Positions 14,101 through 26,439 of a stretch of DNA of 64,000 nucleotides are shown here, piece by piece. The translations under genes were made by a program, and so were the position numbers. This DNA comes from Callorhinchus milii. Taxonomy: Eukaryota. The notes beneath the pieces were generated by a model. The model saw only the letters and a program-made list of their open reading frames with translations. It searched no databases and had not been told where the DNA came from. Numbering within the stretch: the stretch's first letter is position 1; every line of letters begins with the position of its first letter. The stretch lies in contig NW_024704742.1 in assembly GCF_018977255.1 (NCBI RefSeq), positions 70,434,001-70,498,000 on the forward strand, read 5' to 3'.

Positions 14101-14499
14101 AATTTTTATCTGGGGATTGTTGGTTAGGGTAAGTGAATGTTTAACGGCACAAATAGTACCTTGATTTAACGTGTTATCTGAAAGATAGCATCTCCCGACA
14201 ATGCAGCGTTCCACCAACACTGAACTGGAATGCCAGGCTATACCGTGAGCTCAGAGTTCCTGTGTGGGGCTTGAAACTTGGGAAATATTGGAAGTTTGGT
14301 GCAAGGCTATCCATGAACTCCCTCGCTAGTTTACTGGGGGTTGTCTCTGCACAAGAAATATTTTGGTTTTATACCTTTTTTGTGTTAATCAGGATTTGCA
14401 CAAACTGGGTGCTGGTCTGAAAAGGTTAAAGGAACATCAATGTAAAGAAATGTGATTCTTTTCAAGCGAAAGGAACATTGAGTGTTTGTCGGGCTTCAT

Positions 14500-15115
14500 G
14501 CACACCTGTACATGCTAAACACATGCACACACACGCACGTGTGAATTATACACATGCCTGCATGTGCACACCACGCATATGCACATATATACACCACACG
14601 CACACCCACACATGCTATGCACACCCACGTGCACACACGCGCACACCATACCCGCAAATACACACACACGCTACACACACACACTTATACTACACACGCA
14701 TACACACCCACCACGCGCATGCACAAATATGCAAGTACAGACATGCACACAGAAACAAGCACACCGACTACACAGAAACACACACAATGTACACAGAAAC
14801 ACACACAATGTACACAGAAACACACACAATGTACACAGAAACACACACACACTGTACACAGAAACACACGTAGAAACACACACAGTGTACACAGAAACAC
14901 ACCACACACACTGTACACAGAAACACACACACATAGAAACACACACACTGCACACAGAAACACACACACAGAAACACGTACATTGTACACAGAAACACAC
15001 ACACACAGTACACAGAAACACACACACATTGTACACAGAAGCACACACACACAGTACACAGAAACACATACACAGTACAGAGAAACACACACACAGTGCA
15101 CAGAAGCACACACAG
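14500..15115. repeat. CA-rich low-complexity tract / minisatellite (TACACAGAAACACACACA-type unit)
   Basis: Directly visible; it generates the HT- and CV-rich spurious ORFs. Confidence 0.95.
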
Positions 15116-15245
15116 TGATCCCAGCCGCTGGCTGTTTGGCGGCAGTAACAGAGGCATCAGAAGGGCAATAAAAAAGACACATTTGATCCACGACAACTCA
15201 GTGAATTCTGAACTCAGGCGCCTTCTGGTGCAGAGAGAGAGAGAT

Positions 15246-16312
15246 CTCCCCCCCCCCCCCCCTCTCTCTCTCTCTTCTCTCTTTCCCCCTTTATCTCTTC
15301 CCCCCTCTCTCTCTCTCTCTTTCCCCTTTATCTCTCCCCCCCCCTCCTCTCTCTCTCTCTCTTTCCCCCTTTATCTCTCCCCCCTCTCTCTCTCTCTCTT
15401 TCCCCCTTTATCTCTCCCCCCCCCCTCTCTCTCTCTCTTTCCCCCTTTATCTCTCCCCCCCTCTCTCTCTCTCTCTTTCCCCCTTTATCTCTCCCCCCCT
15501 CTCTCTCTCTCTCTCTTTCCCCCTTTATCTCTCCCCCCTCTCTCTCTCTCTCTTTCCCCCTTTATCTCTCCCCCCTCTCTCTCTCTCTCTTTCCCCCTTT
15601 ATCTCTCCCCCCCCTCTCTCTCTCTCTCTCTTTCCCCTTTATCTCTCCCCCCCCTCTTCTCCTCTTTCCCCTCTCTCTCTCCTCTCTTCTTTCCCCCTTT
15701 ATCTCTCCCCCCCCTCTCTCTCTCTCTCTCTCTTTCCCCCTTTATCTCTCCCCCTCTCTCTCTCTCTCTTTCCCCCTTTATCTCTCCCCTCTCTCTCTTT
15801 CCCCCTTTATCTCTCCCCCCCTCTCTCTCTCTTTCCCCCTTTATCTCTCCCCCCCTCTCTCTCTCTCTCTTTCCCCTTTATCTCTCCCCCCCCTCTCTCT
15901 CTCTCTTTCCCCCCTTTATCTCCTCCCCCCTCTCTCTCTCTCTTTCTCCCCCCCTCTCTCTCTCTTCCCCTCCCCCCTTTATCTCTTTCCCCCCTCTCTC
16001 TCTCCCTCTTTCTCTCTCTTTCCCCCCCTCTCTCTCTTTCCCCCTTCTCTCTCTCTTTCCCCCACTTCTCTCTCTCTCTCTCTTCCCCCCCTCTCTCTCT
16101 CTTTCCCCCCTTTATCTCTTTCCCCCTCTCTCTCTCTTTCCCCCCTCTCTCTCTCTTTCCCCCCTTTATCTCTTTCCCTCTCTCTCTCTCTCTCTCTTTC
16201 CCCCCTTTATCTCTCCCCCCTCTCTCTCTTTCCCTCCCCGCTCTCTATCTCTTTCCCTCTCTCTCTCTCTCCATCTCTCTCCCCCCAATCCCCCCCCTCT
16301 CTCTATCTTTCT
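15246..16312. repeat. About 1.07 kb polypyrimidine minisatellite, unit close to (CT)nTTCCCCCTTTATCTCTCCCCCC
   Basis: Directly visible; almost purine-free on the + strand. Confidence 0.97.
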
Positions 16313-17078
16313 CGCAATAGAGTCAGTCAGTGTCAGTCAGTGTGTCAGGGGCTGTGGGTTTGGTTGTCTCACTGAGCATCTCAGCTGCATTGTGCAAAGC
16401 AAAATAAAACCAAAGAGAGAGGGAGGGAGGGAGGGAGAGATAGAAAGGGAGACTGGTCCAGGTGGAGATGAATCGTTTATCTCTCCCCTCCTCTCTCTCA
16501 CTCTCTCTCTCTCCCTCCTCCTCCTCCTATCTCACCTCTCTCTCTTCTCTCCTCATCCTCCTATCTCACCTTGTCTCTCTCTCTCCTCCTCCTCCTCCTC
16601 CTCCTATCTCACCTTCTCTCTCTCTCTCTCTCCTCCTCCTCCTCCTCCTATCTCACCTTCTCTCTCTCTCTCTCTCACTGAGACCTGAAGGCTGGCAGGT
16701 AAATGGTAGGGTTTCAGGGCGAGTTGTCAGTGCAGTGACCACAGCTATTGCTGTATTGCTGCCTGTTTGCCAGGACCATGCTCTGTGTGTGTGTGTGTTG
16801 TGTGTTGTGTGTGTCTGTGTTCTCTGTCTGTGTTTCAAACACAGCACTGAAATTGACCAGATGTTTCTGATGTGTTGTCACACTGCAGGGCTGCTGTGTG
16901 GACCAGATCGTTCTGTGATCCTGAAAAGAGAGGGGGAGAGAGAGAGAGAGAGAGAAAAACAAGAGCTATATATACATATATATTTCTAAATGCATAGCTT
17001 CTGATCAGATCAGGGTGTTGGGGATGCCCATTGCTTTAACAAGCTGCTGTTTGGATGTCTTTGCACATGACATATATC

Positions 17079-17109
<31 letters not shown>

Positions 17110-17877
17110 TTACAGTGCATGTCCCAACCTCCTCTGTTCTTTTTAAAAAAAAATCAATCTTTTTTTTAAAAATAGCAGAGAAACCCCAAAGTTGGCCAGC
17201 GGTGAAAGTCTCCTCGGAGCGGGGGGTGACGGGGTGAGATGCATTACAATCAAGGTTCGCTGTCACACGATTGCCAGAGTGAGCGGTGTCAGGCGCTTTG
17301 AGACGTCTTCCCGATGTGAAAGTCAATGTAAATTGTACTGCCGTGCAGTGGGGAGAGGGGGAGGGGAGGTGTGTGTGCGTGCGGGTAAAACTTGCTTCAC
17401 AGACAGAGTGAAATCTCTGAACAGTGCAGTCAAGTTAGACTCAGCACGGAGCTCCCCTTAACACCCTCCCCCCTTCACACACACACACACCTTCACCCTC
17501 CCACACCCATCCACCAACCTCCCTTCACTGCCTTTCCATCCACCCACCTAAGCTATTTGACTTTTCTGGGGCTCCACAAGTCTAACCGCTGAGTTGTACA
17601 ATTCAGCGAAGGTTGCATTCTCTTGTTGGAGTTTGAGTTTATATAATAATAATACCTGCATCCTGTACAGAGTCTTACTTAATACATCACCGAAACCTTC
17701 AAAGCGCTTCACAGGCTTCACTGTCAAATGCAGTGACTGTGAAGTTTGTAGCCGGCTGCTGTAGCCAATTTGCACACAGTGATGTGCTGCTAACAGCCAC
17801 AAAGTAGATGAGCCATTTTTGTTTACTGCGGGGGTAGGGGTATTGTTGGCCAGGACACCAGAGCGAGAGAGAAACTC

Positions 17878-18184
17878 ATAATAATCTTTGATTTGATATA
17901 GCGCCTTATCACGTTGTTGAGACTTGTCAAAGCGCTTCACAGAACAAATTGTAAAGTGGAGTGACTGGGTATTTTCTGGGTGAAACGCAGCAACCAGTTT
18001 AAGGGATTATTCCCCCCCAGAAGGCAATCCACCAATCGACTAACAACCAGGTTCCTACTTATTGCTCAGTAAACAGGCGTGTGGAGTAAAGAAACTTGCC
18101 TAAGGTTTTGACCTGCCCAGGAATCAAACCCAAGTCCTCTCACTTGCGAGGCGAGTGCTCTAACCACTACCCTAGGGGACTCCA
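17878..18184 (-). mobile_element. SINE family B copy, near full length
   Basis: Same tail, ggttcctacttattgct middle and ttgcgaggcgagtgctctaaccac head as the other family B copies. Confidence 0.82.
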
Positions 18185-19888
18185 AATTCTGCCTAGTCTT
18201 AGCCTGGAAGATCAAATCCCATTAAAATTAAAAGTGGCGAAAAAACGGTTAACATTTTTGCACTTCAGCCTCGATTCGGAGCCGGTGTAAAGGCAGTGAG
18301 CAATAACACAGCTTCCAGGCTGAGACTGCATTCAAAATCTCACCACAGTTGTTCGCAAGCTAAATTTCGAAGGCAAAAGTGGTCTGAGAGACTGGGGCCA
18401 GGTGGAATCGCAAGCCTCCTGCACAGCTATCTAGCAGCCCCTACTGGGATGTCAGAGTATTAATACTAACAAGGCTCTGGGTGTTTCAGGCAGCCGGCGC
18501 CTTTAACGGCAAGAAAACGTGTCAATCAGCGCACAAATCAGCAGCTGCAGCCGCCTACAAAAAAAAATAAAAAACAGCAACAACTTGCATTGTATATAGC
18601 ACTTTTCAACTATAATAACTCAAGGCACTTAGTTTCTCTGCCTTCACCCTCCCATCCTCCCCATCGCTCATGCCTTGCTACCCGTTATAATAATAATAAT
18701 CCTTGCATTTGATATAGCGCCTTATCAAATCTTTGAGATGCCTCAAAGTGCTTTACAGAATATTCTGTAAAGTGAATTGACTGTATATTTTGGGCAAAAT
18801 GCAGCAGCCAATTGTGCATTTGATTAAATATGGTTTATGATTAAAAATGCTTTGAGGCATTCTCCCCACGTGAACAGTACTCTATCAAATACAAGGATTA
18901 TTACCATTAATGGACTTTGCAGGATTTAACATACATGACTGTGGTTTTAATAGACGAACGCAGCAACCGATTTGCACACAGACATTCCGCAAACCATGAA
19001 GTGAGTGATGAATTCTATCTGTTGGCCAGGACACCATGAGAGTGAAACTCCCTTCTATTTTCCAGTAGCACCACAGGAGCTTCAATATCTACCTGGACAG
19101 GGCACAGGTGGGAGCTCAGTTTAACATCTCATCCGGTTAGACAGCACCTGTGAAGTGAATGATCAACTTCAACTTTGGGTGGAGGGGTGGTGAATTAACC
19201 TATTGACAACAACAACAAATTACATTTGTATGGCGTCTTTCACGTCAGGAGGGCGTTGCAAGGTGCTGGACAGTCAGGAATTTGGAACTCCGCTAGTATT
19301 CAGCACGTTGGGACGTCCTCCCGACGTGAAAGGCGCTCTATAAATGGAATCTTGTTGTTGTTGTTGTATAACGTGGGGCTTGAAAACAATTTTTCACACA
19401 AAGGGTAGTGGAAATCTGGCAATCTCTCCCCAAAAGGCTGTGGATGCTGGAGGGGGTGACAGGCTCAAAGGTGTGGAGTGAGGGATGGGTAATTGTCAGA
19501 TGGGTAATTGTGTGGGGTGGGGGTAGGGAGGGAGTGGAAGTTGGGAGGGCAGTGGCAGCTGGGCGGATTCACTTGATTTTGGACTCAAGGAAGTCCAGAA
19601 TTTTCTCGCAGTGAGAGTCAAAAGAATGTATCTGCGAGGCGTGTCGAGGAGGGCGGAGATGCCGTTTAGTGGTGGAGAACAGGAGCCTAGGGTTGCCCTT
19701 CACCTCCAGGATTAACCTGGAGTAGAAGGATGACAACACAAAATACGGTCACGTCATGTGACGGTAGTTCGCTTGGAGATGTTTCGACAGGGTTGGTGTG
19801 GTGAAAATGAGAATTAATTAATACCAGTATTTGGGAAGTAAGAGAGAAAAATGGGATTCAAAGGTCTGCCCTATTCCACTGGGCTGAG

Positions 19889-20240
19889 GTCAGGCTGGCT
19901 CAGTTGCTATCACTCTTGCCTCTGAGCCAGAAGGTTGTGGGTTCAAGCCCCTACATCAAGGCTTTGAACTCACAGTCTAGGCTGATGCTCCAGTGCAGTG
20001 CTGGGGGGAGTGCTGTCCCTCATATGAATCGTTAAACCAAGGTCCTGTCTGTGCCTATTCAGGTGGATTTTAAAGATCCCGTGGTGCTATTCGAAAAGAG
20101 AATGGAGTTTCTCTCTCCCTATGTCCTGGCTGACAATACCCTACATTAAATCACTCACACACTTCATGGCTGTTTGTGGGACTTGCTGTGTGCAAATTGG
20201 CTGCTGCGTCTACGCACAAAATACGCAGTCGCTGCACTTA
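19889..20240 (+). mobile_element. SINE family A copy lacking its tail
   Basis: ggctggctcagttg (A box), gggttcaagccc (B box), then the Deu-type core. Confidence 0.82.
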
Positions 20241-22389
20241 GCACTGACTGAGTGAACAGGGTTGCTGGGCTGAATGGCCTCTTAACAGGAATAATAATAA
20301 CTCAACTTTCCAAAAAAAAGCTTATAACCAAAGGCAATGTTTAATCACACTTGACAGTTCATGAGATTGCTGTTAAATTAAACATTTGGTCACTGTTTCT
20401 ACATCGTTTGTTCATTCTTTGAGGAATGAGCAGCAACGGATATAAAGCCTCCGACAGTAATAGGAGAGAGAGAGAAAGAGACTAGTGTATCAAGTTCAGA
20501 CAAATAACAATCCTCAAGGCAACAACCCTCTCATCTACATCTCTCCCCTCCTCCCCACCATCACATCATTCGCTTCGCAACCTGTCTTCCCCCAATTAAA
20601 AGTCTGGTCACAGCTTCTGTGGTGCGAATGCAAATTTTTTGTGGACAAAAAAACAGTCACTTTAACTAAATCCTTGTGTATTTTTTCGGCGATCACAGCA
20701 GCCAATTTACCCAACGAAATGTCCCTTAAGCTGCTATGAAGTGAATGAATTTGGTCACTCAATCCTTGATTGTTTGTGGAACATTGCTGTGAGCAATTGG
20801 CTGCCGACAAAATATACAGTCAATTAACTTTACAGTGTATTCTGTAAGTGCTTTGAGATGTCTCAAAGATGTGATAAGGTGCCATATCAAATTAACGGAT
20901 TATTATTTTGTCCTTTGGTAAGGAAGGGAAACTCATTCCTCTTTTCCATTGGATCTCATCCGAAGGATGGCACCTCTGACAATGCAGCACTCCACCCTGG
21001 CACTGCATTGGAGAGTCAGCTTAGACCATGTGAACTCAGAGTCCTGATGCTTGATCCCACAACCTTTGGACATAGAGGCAAGAGCTCTCCCCACTGAGCC
21101 AGGCTGACACAAACACATCACAATCAGAATGAAATCTGATTTGTTGTGTGTTCCTTGGCTGCTAAGTTATTTTCGTATTTCACCTAGGATTTGAGTAAGG
21201 AGGGTGAGGAAGGGATGGAGATGGTGGGGGGGGGTCTTGTGGGTTAAAGCAGCTGAATTAATTCCCTCCCCTGAGCAAGCTCACCTCCTGTTAAGCAACC
21301 ACAGAGCAGGGATGGTGCCAAATGCAGCAAAACATCTTTCCATTGTGGGGATACGTGGAGACAGCAGGTCCTTTGGGGGCAAGAGAGCAAGAGAGAGAGA
21401 AAGGGAGAATGAAACATTGGTCAGACGACCAAGATCAAAACAAAACAAGACGTCAACAACGCAGTGAAAGCAGTTCTGAACCTCTCAGAGTCTCTCTGTG
21501 CCCCAAGCCTCCACCTCATGTGTAGCTCAGGTTGGCTGAATGGAAAAGCAATGGGAAGCTTCCCAGACAGTCTATCAATAGAAAGCTGCGTTATTTAAGC
21601 TGGTTAAACTCCAGCAGTTACTCCCTATCTACACCCACTCTGTCCCCACCACCCCAAGGTTCCAACCTGTGCCTAATACTACCTGGAATCAGGTAAGCAA
21701 AAAGTGTCCCTCCATTCCAGACATAGGGAAATTTCCACGTGTATGTGGAATACATATGTGGAATTCTCAGTCTGGTTTCGAGACTATAAGTACAATGATG
21801 GGTTCCCCCATCACTGTGTTGACAAACGCTGCATACTTACTGTACGTCACAACTGCATCTCCAACAGTTACTCACCTTTAACGCATCACTCACCATCTGC
21901 CGAGCTAGCTCTTCACGCCATCAAATGTCATGATAATAATAATAAGAAGAAGAAGAATCTGGTCACTCAATTTACGACTGTTTGAGGGACACCGCTGTGC
22001 GCAATTGGCTGCTGCATTTTGCCCATAAATACGAGCACTCACCTCGCAAGCGAGAGACCTAGGTTCGATTCCTGGCAGGGCGACACCTTGGGAAACTTTC
22101 CTTAATCCACACGTCTGATAATAATCCCTCAAGAAAAAAATAATAAATTGCTCACTTCAATCCATGACTGTCTGTGAGACACTGCTTTGTGTAATTGGCT
22201 GCCACGTTTCGCCCATAAATATACAGTCAATGCAATGCGCTTTTTGCACCTGGAACTGCGGGCAATGTACATGCGTGTTGTGCGAGAAAAGTGCTGGGGT
22301 CTTGGTTACTTACATGAGTGAGTTGCGCTTGCACAGATACATCTCCTTGCCCATGCACACACGTACACAGACCCATACATAATATTAGA

Positions 22390-23250
22390 GTACACCTAAG
22401 TATAAACTAGCCATGCACAGATCCACAATGGAGTTTAGGAGGAACTTCTTCACACAGAGGGTGGTGAGAATGTGCCGGGAGCTGTGGTTGAAAAAGAAAG
22501 CATCAGCGTATTTAAGAGAAACAACAACAACAACAAAATTACATTTATAGAGCGCCTTACACGTCGGGAGGACATTCCAAAGCACTGACCAGTCAGGTGT
22601 CGGGGCCCGAGCATGGGGGAGAGGTGATGTAGGGGTGAGGGAAGGCAGAGAGGTGGGAGGGAGACCAAAGGCACGATCGAAGAGAAGGGTTTTGAGACCG
22701 GCCTTGAAGGAGGCAAGGGAGGAAGCGAGGTGAAGGAACTGTGGGATGGAGTTCCAGAGTGTGGGGACAGAGAGGCTGAAAGCCCGGCCACCGATGGTAG
22801 GGCGGGTCGGGCGGGAGACATGGAGCAGGCTGGAGTCGGGCGAGGGTGGGAGTGATGGAGTCGCGGAGCCTGGTGCGTGAGAGTACACAAGCTGCAGAGT
22901 TTTGGATGATCTGCAGCTTGTGAAGGGAAGAGTTGGGAAGGCCGATGAGGAGGGAGTTTCCGTAATTGAGCCTTGATGTGACGAATGCTTGGGTGAGGGT
23001 TTCGGCAGCCTGAGGGGTGAGGCAGTGGCGGAAGCTTGATGTGTATATGAGACAGAGGGAATAAAGCGGTGTCGGAGAGGGGATAGAGGGATGTAGCAGA
23101 GGGGAATAGAGGAGTGCAGGGGAGGGGTATAGTGGGATGTAGGAGAGGGGATTAGTGGGGCATAGGAGAGGAGAGTAAGAGGCGCATGTTGGAGTATAAA
23201 CACCGGCACGGACTGAATGGTCTGTCTCCGGGCTATAGCACTCTGTGTGA
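22390..23250 (+). mobile_element. CR1 LINE 3' fragment interrupted by an L2 insertion
   Basis: aggaacttcttcacacagagggtggtgagaatgtg (RNFFTQRVVRM) ...gtatttaagaga[L2]agcttgatgtgtatatg... ggagtataaacaccggcacggactgaatggtctgt (CR1 3' UTR). Confidence 0.75.
22520..23032 (-). mobile_element. L2-clade LINE 3' fragment
   Basis: LTPQAAETLTQAFVTSRLNYGNSLLIGLP...IIQNSAA and TIGGRAFS...LWNSIP..FKAGLKTLLF, ending in a (TTG)n tail. Confidence 0.9.
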
Positions 23251-24305
23251 CTGCATGAATATTTCAATGAAGTCAGGCCATGTCTGAAAAGACACAGTCA
23301 ATTACTCACATATCTAAAACCATGAAAATTTAAATGCTGAACAGGAACTCGCATTAAAATGTGATTTGAATGTAATGGAGGAGCCCATCTCAATCCTCTT
23401 AAGTACACATTCTATTTCCATACGTTTTTTTTCTTAACACTTATCAGCAAAATTCACTTGCCAACCACTCACCTTCAACAGGAACCTGCCAATTACACCT
23501 TCTCCGCTCAGCTGAGCTCAAGTGTCAGCTTGACTCAGTCCCTGGCACTGTCACCTCTACATCAGAATGTTATAATAATAATAAAAATAATCCTTGCATT
23601 TGATGTAGTGCGTTATATCGTTGAGACGTTTCAAAGCGCTTCATAGAATATGTAAAGTGTAGTGACTGTGTATTTTGTGCCATGTTTCGCCCACGAAATA
23701 CAGTCAATTCAGTTAGTTTGTTTACAGTAGATTATGTGAAGCGCTTTGAGACATCTTGACAATGTGATAAGTCACTACATCAAATGAAAGGATTATTATT
23801 ATTATCTCTTGCTCCCTACCTCCCTGGGGTCCCAGCAGTGATTATTAATCTAACCAATCCGATTGAGATCATTTCAGCAATTTAATTATTTAATACAGAG
23901 CAAGGAAAGCATTGCTCCTTTTTATGATTTTGCTTTTATGAATCATGGCTCAATATAAGCTTCCTGTGATATTATCCATGACTGCATCGTGAATTTCTTA
24001 ACTGATTACACCATCAAATATTCTGATTTTAGTTTCACTGGGTAGAGTGATTGAGCCATTCTTTCATGTAAGGGAGATAGATACCCAAACCCCAGAGACA
24101 ACAACAACAACTTACATTTATATAGCACCTTCATGTAGAATAAGAAGAACAAGATTGGTTCAGATGAAGAAGACTCTTCAGCTCACCATCCTTCAGAAGA
24201 CCCACTCTACCCTCCACCAGCCCCATCACAGCATCAAACTGCTTTTTAAATGAGTCCCAATGTCCTGCCTCTGCCACCTTTCCTGGTATTCTGTCATGAA
24301 TTATT

Positions 24306-24637
24306 GTGGAGTCCTATAGCCTAGTGGTTAGTACAACTTCTTCACAGGCGAGAGGATCCGGGTTTGATTCCCGGGGAGGGCAAAACCTTATGCAAGTTTC
24401 CTTACTGCACATGCCTCTGTTTACCTAGCAGTAAGTAGGAACCCGGTTTCCTGATTTCCATCCAGAAAAAAAATGTGGTTACTCAATCCATGACCATGTG
24501 TGGGACACTGCTGTGTGCAATCAGATGCCCCGTCTTCCCAAAAAATGTACAGTTGATCCACTTTAAAGTGTATCCCGTGAAGCTGTGTAGCTCAACGATG
24601 TGATGAAGCACTATATCAAATGCAAGGTTTATTATTA
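24306..24637 (+). mobile_element. SINE family B copy
   Basis: gtggagtcctatagcctagtggttag head through to the atatcaaatgcaagg..tattatta tail. Confidence 0.8.
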
Positions 24638-24644
24638 GTAATAT

Positions 24645-24830
24645 TATCCTCTGAGTAAAGAAAAATTTCCTGGGGTCAATCCTGAAATTGGGCCTTTACA
24701 ACTCTAAACCTGTGTCCTCCTGTTCTTATGTCTTGTTGCTTCCTAAAATATTGATCTGGGTTAAATTTTCAATCCCAGTTAAAATGTTATACATCTCTGA
24801 GATATTTTTTAATCTCAGCTGAGATAACAG
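24645..24830 (-). mobile_element. CR1 LINE 3' fragment (antisense)
   Basis: ctctaaacctgtgtcctcctgttct is the reverse complement of the TRGH-coding segment seen at 25061-25090. Confidence 0.7.
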
Positions 24831-24904
24831 TTACAATTGGTCTCCGAGTCTTGTCTCAGAGTGCAGTGCAGTGCAGTGGAAGGGGGGAGAACAACAAAGA
24901 TGAT

Positions 24905-25320
24905 CCACAGTGTTAAAAGAACAAGCTGTGAGCAACGATTGAAGAAGCTGGTGCTCTTCGGTCGAGAGGATTTCTCTGAGGAGGTCTTATAGAGGTATGT
25001 AACAATTTAAATGGGATTGAAAATGTAAACCCATAACAATACTTTGAGTCGGACTGAGACAGAAGAACAAGAGGACACAGGTTTAGGGATGTAAAGGGGC
25101 AATTTCAGGACAGACACCAGGAAGTTTTTCTTTACCCAGAGGGGAATTAATAACTGGAACAGGGTTACCAGGAAGGTAGGTGAGGCCAGGACACTGGGAC
25201 TCAGTAAAGAAACAGCTCAATGCTGTGATGGGGGGCGGGGGGAATGGTAGAGTGGCTGTTCTGGAGGGGTGAGATCAGAGGCCCAAAAGTGTCTTCTTCA
25301 TCCGAATCAATCTTGTGAGT
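24905..25320 (+). mobile_element. CR1 LINE 3' fragment
   Basis: gagcaacgattgaagaagctgg...cttatagaggtat...agaacaagaggacacaggtttag...aggaagtttttctttacccagagg (ERL..LG, DLIEVY, TRGH, RKFFFTQR motifs). Confidence 0.8.
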
Positions 25321-25922
25321 TCATCCGGGCAAACGCCAAGTCCAGCCTACTACATCGCTGTCAATCATGGGATTTACTTATCAACACATTAATAACCTTA
25401 CATAACCCACCACTGGGGCAGGGACTCTTCCCACTCTTCCCACAGGATTTTATTGTAATGTGCAGTGGGCAGCCAATTTGCACAGAGCAACACCCCCCAC
25501 AAACAGCGACCCAATTTTTATATTGGGGGAGTGGGGGATGGTGGGGGAGAGAAACTCCCTTCTTTTATTACGTCATGCAGTAGTATCTGATTTTGCCTGG
25601 AGAAGGCTTCTTATTGATGAGGGTAGTGAGGGTGTGTGGATTCTCCGGGGAGCACTGCCTGTGAGTCCTGGGCTCCACATCACGTTGTGTTGCAGCTGCC
25701 TACGCTAACTGGAGAGATCACCGGGGAGGCAGGCTGGACGAGCAAGGCTGTTAGTTGTGTGTGATTAATCGGACCTGACTCCGCTGGGCTCCCCAGACTG
25801 GAGGGAACCGTCGGCGCGGCAACGTGAGATTAATACTAAAATAAACAGACAAAGCACTTAGTTTCTCTGCCTTCGCTCTTCCATCCTCCCCATTGCCCAT
25901 CCCTTGATCCTCGCTCCCCGTG

Positions 25923-26249
25923 ATAATAATAATAATCCTTGCATTTGATATAGCGCCTTAACATGTCTCAAAGCGCTTCACAGCATATACTGTACAGTGA
26001 ATTGACTGTATATTTTGTGGGTGAAACACGGCAGCCAATTGCGCACAGCAGTGTCCCACAGACTGTCGTGGATTGAGTGACCAATTTTTTTATAAATATG
26101 GGATCACTGGAAAGTGATCTGCCAATTGACTGACAATCGGGTTCCTACTTACAAGGTAAGCAGATGTGTGGAGGTCCTCTCTGGGAATCGAACCTAGGTC
26201 CTCTCGCTTGTGAGGCGCGTGCTCTAATCACTGCCCAACAGAACTCCAC
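25923..26249 (-). mobile_element. SINE family B copy
   Basis: Tail, shared 3' core and tRNA-like head all visible in reverse complement. Confidence 0.8.
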
Positions 26250-26439
26250 ATGATCTCTGCTGCCTTCATTAACCGTACTGCAGATGTAAGCCTGGCTATC
26301 TCATTAGCAGTCTCCTGTCTGAGTTAAAAGGTCACAATTTCAAGCCAATACCCCACCCGCCCCCCTTGATAGGAGCTAGCAAGCTCTTTCTTTCCTACCC
26401 TACCCAGCCTTTCCCTAACCCTAATCCCTGCCACCATGG

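Noticed and set aside
14478..15196. Cluster of HT- and CV-rich ORFs on both strands
   Set aside because: Artefacts of the CA-rich repeat.
15096..16688. 530-aa ORF rich in S, L, P and F
   Set aside because: It is a translation of the CT minisatellite, which rarely contains stop codons; no domain signal.
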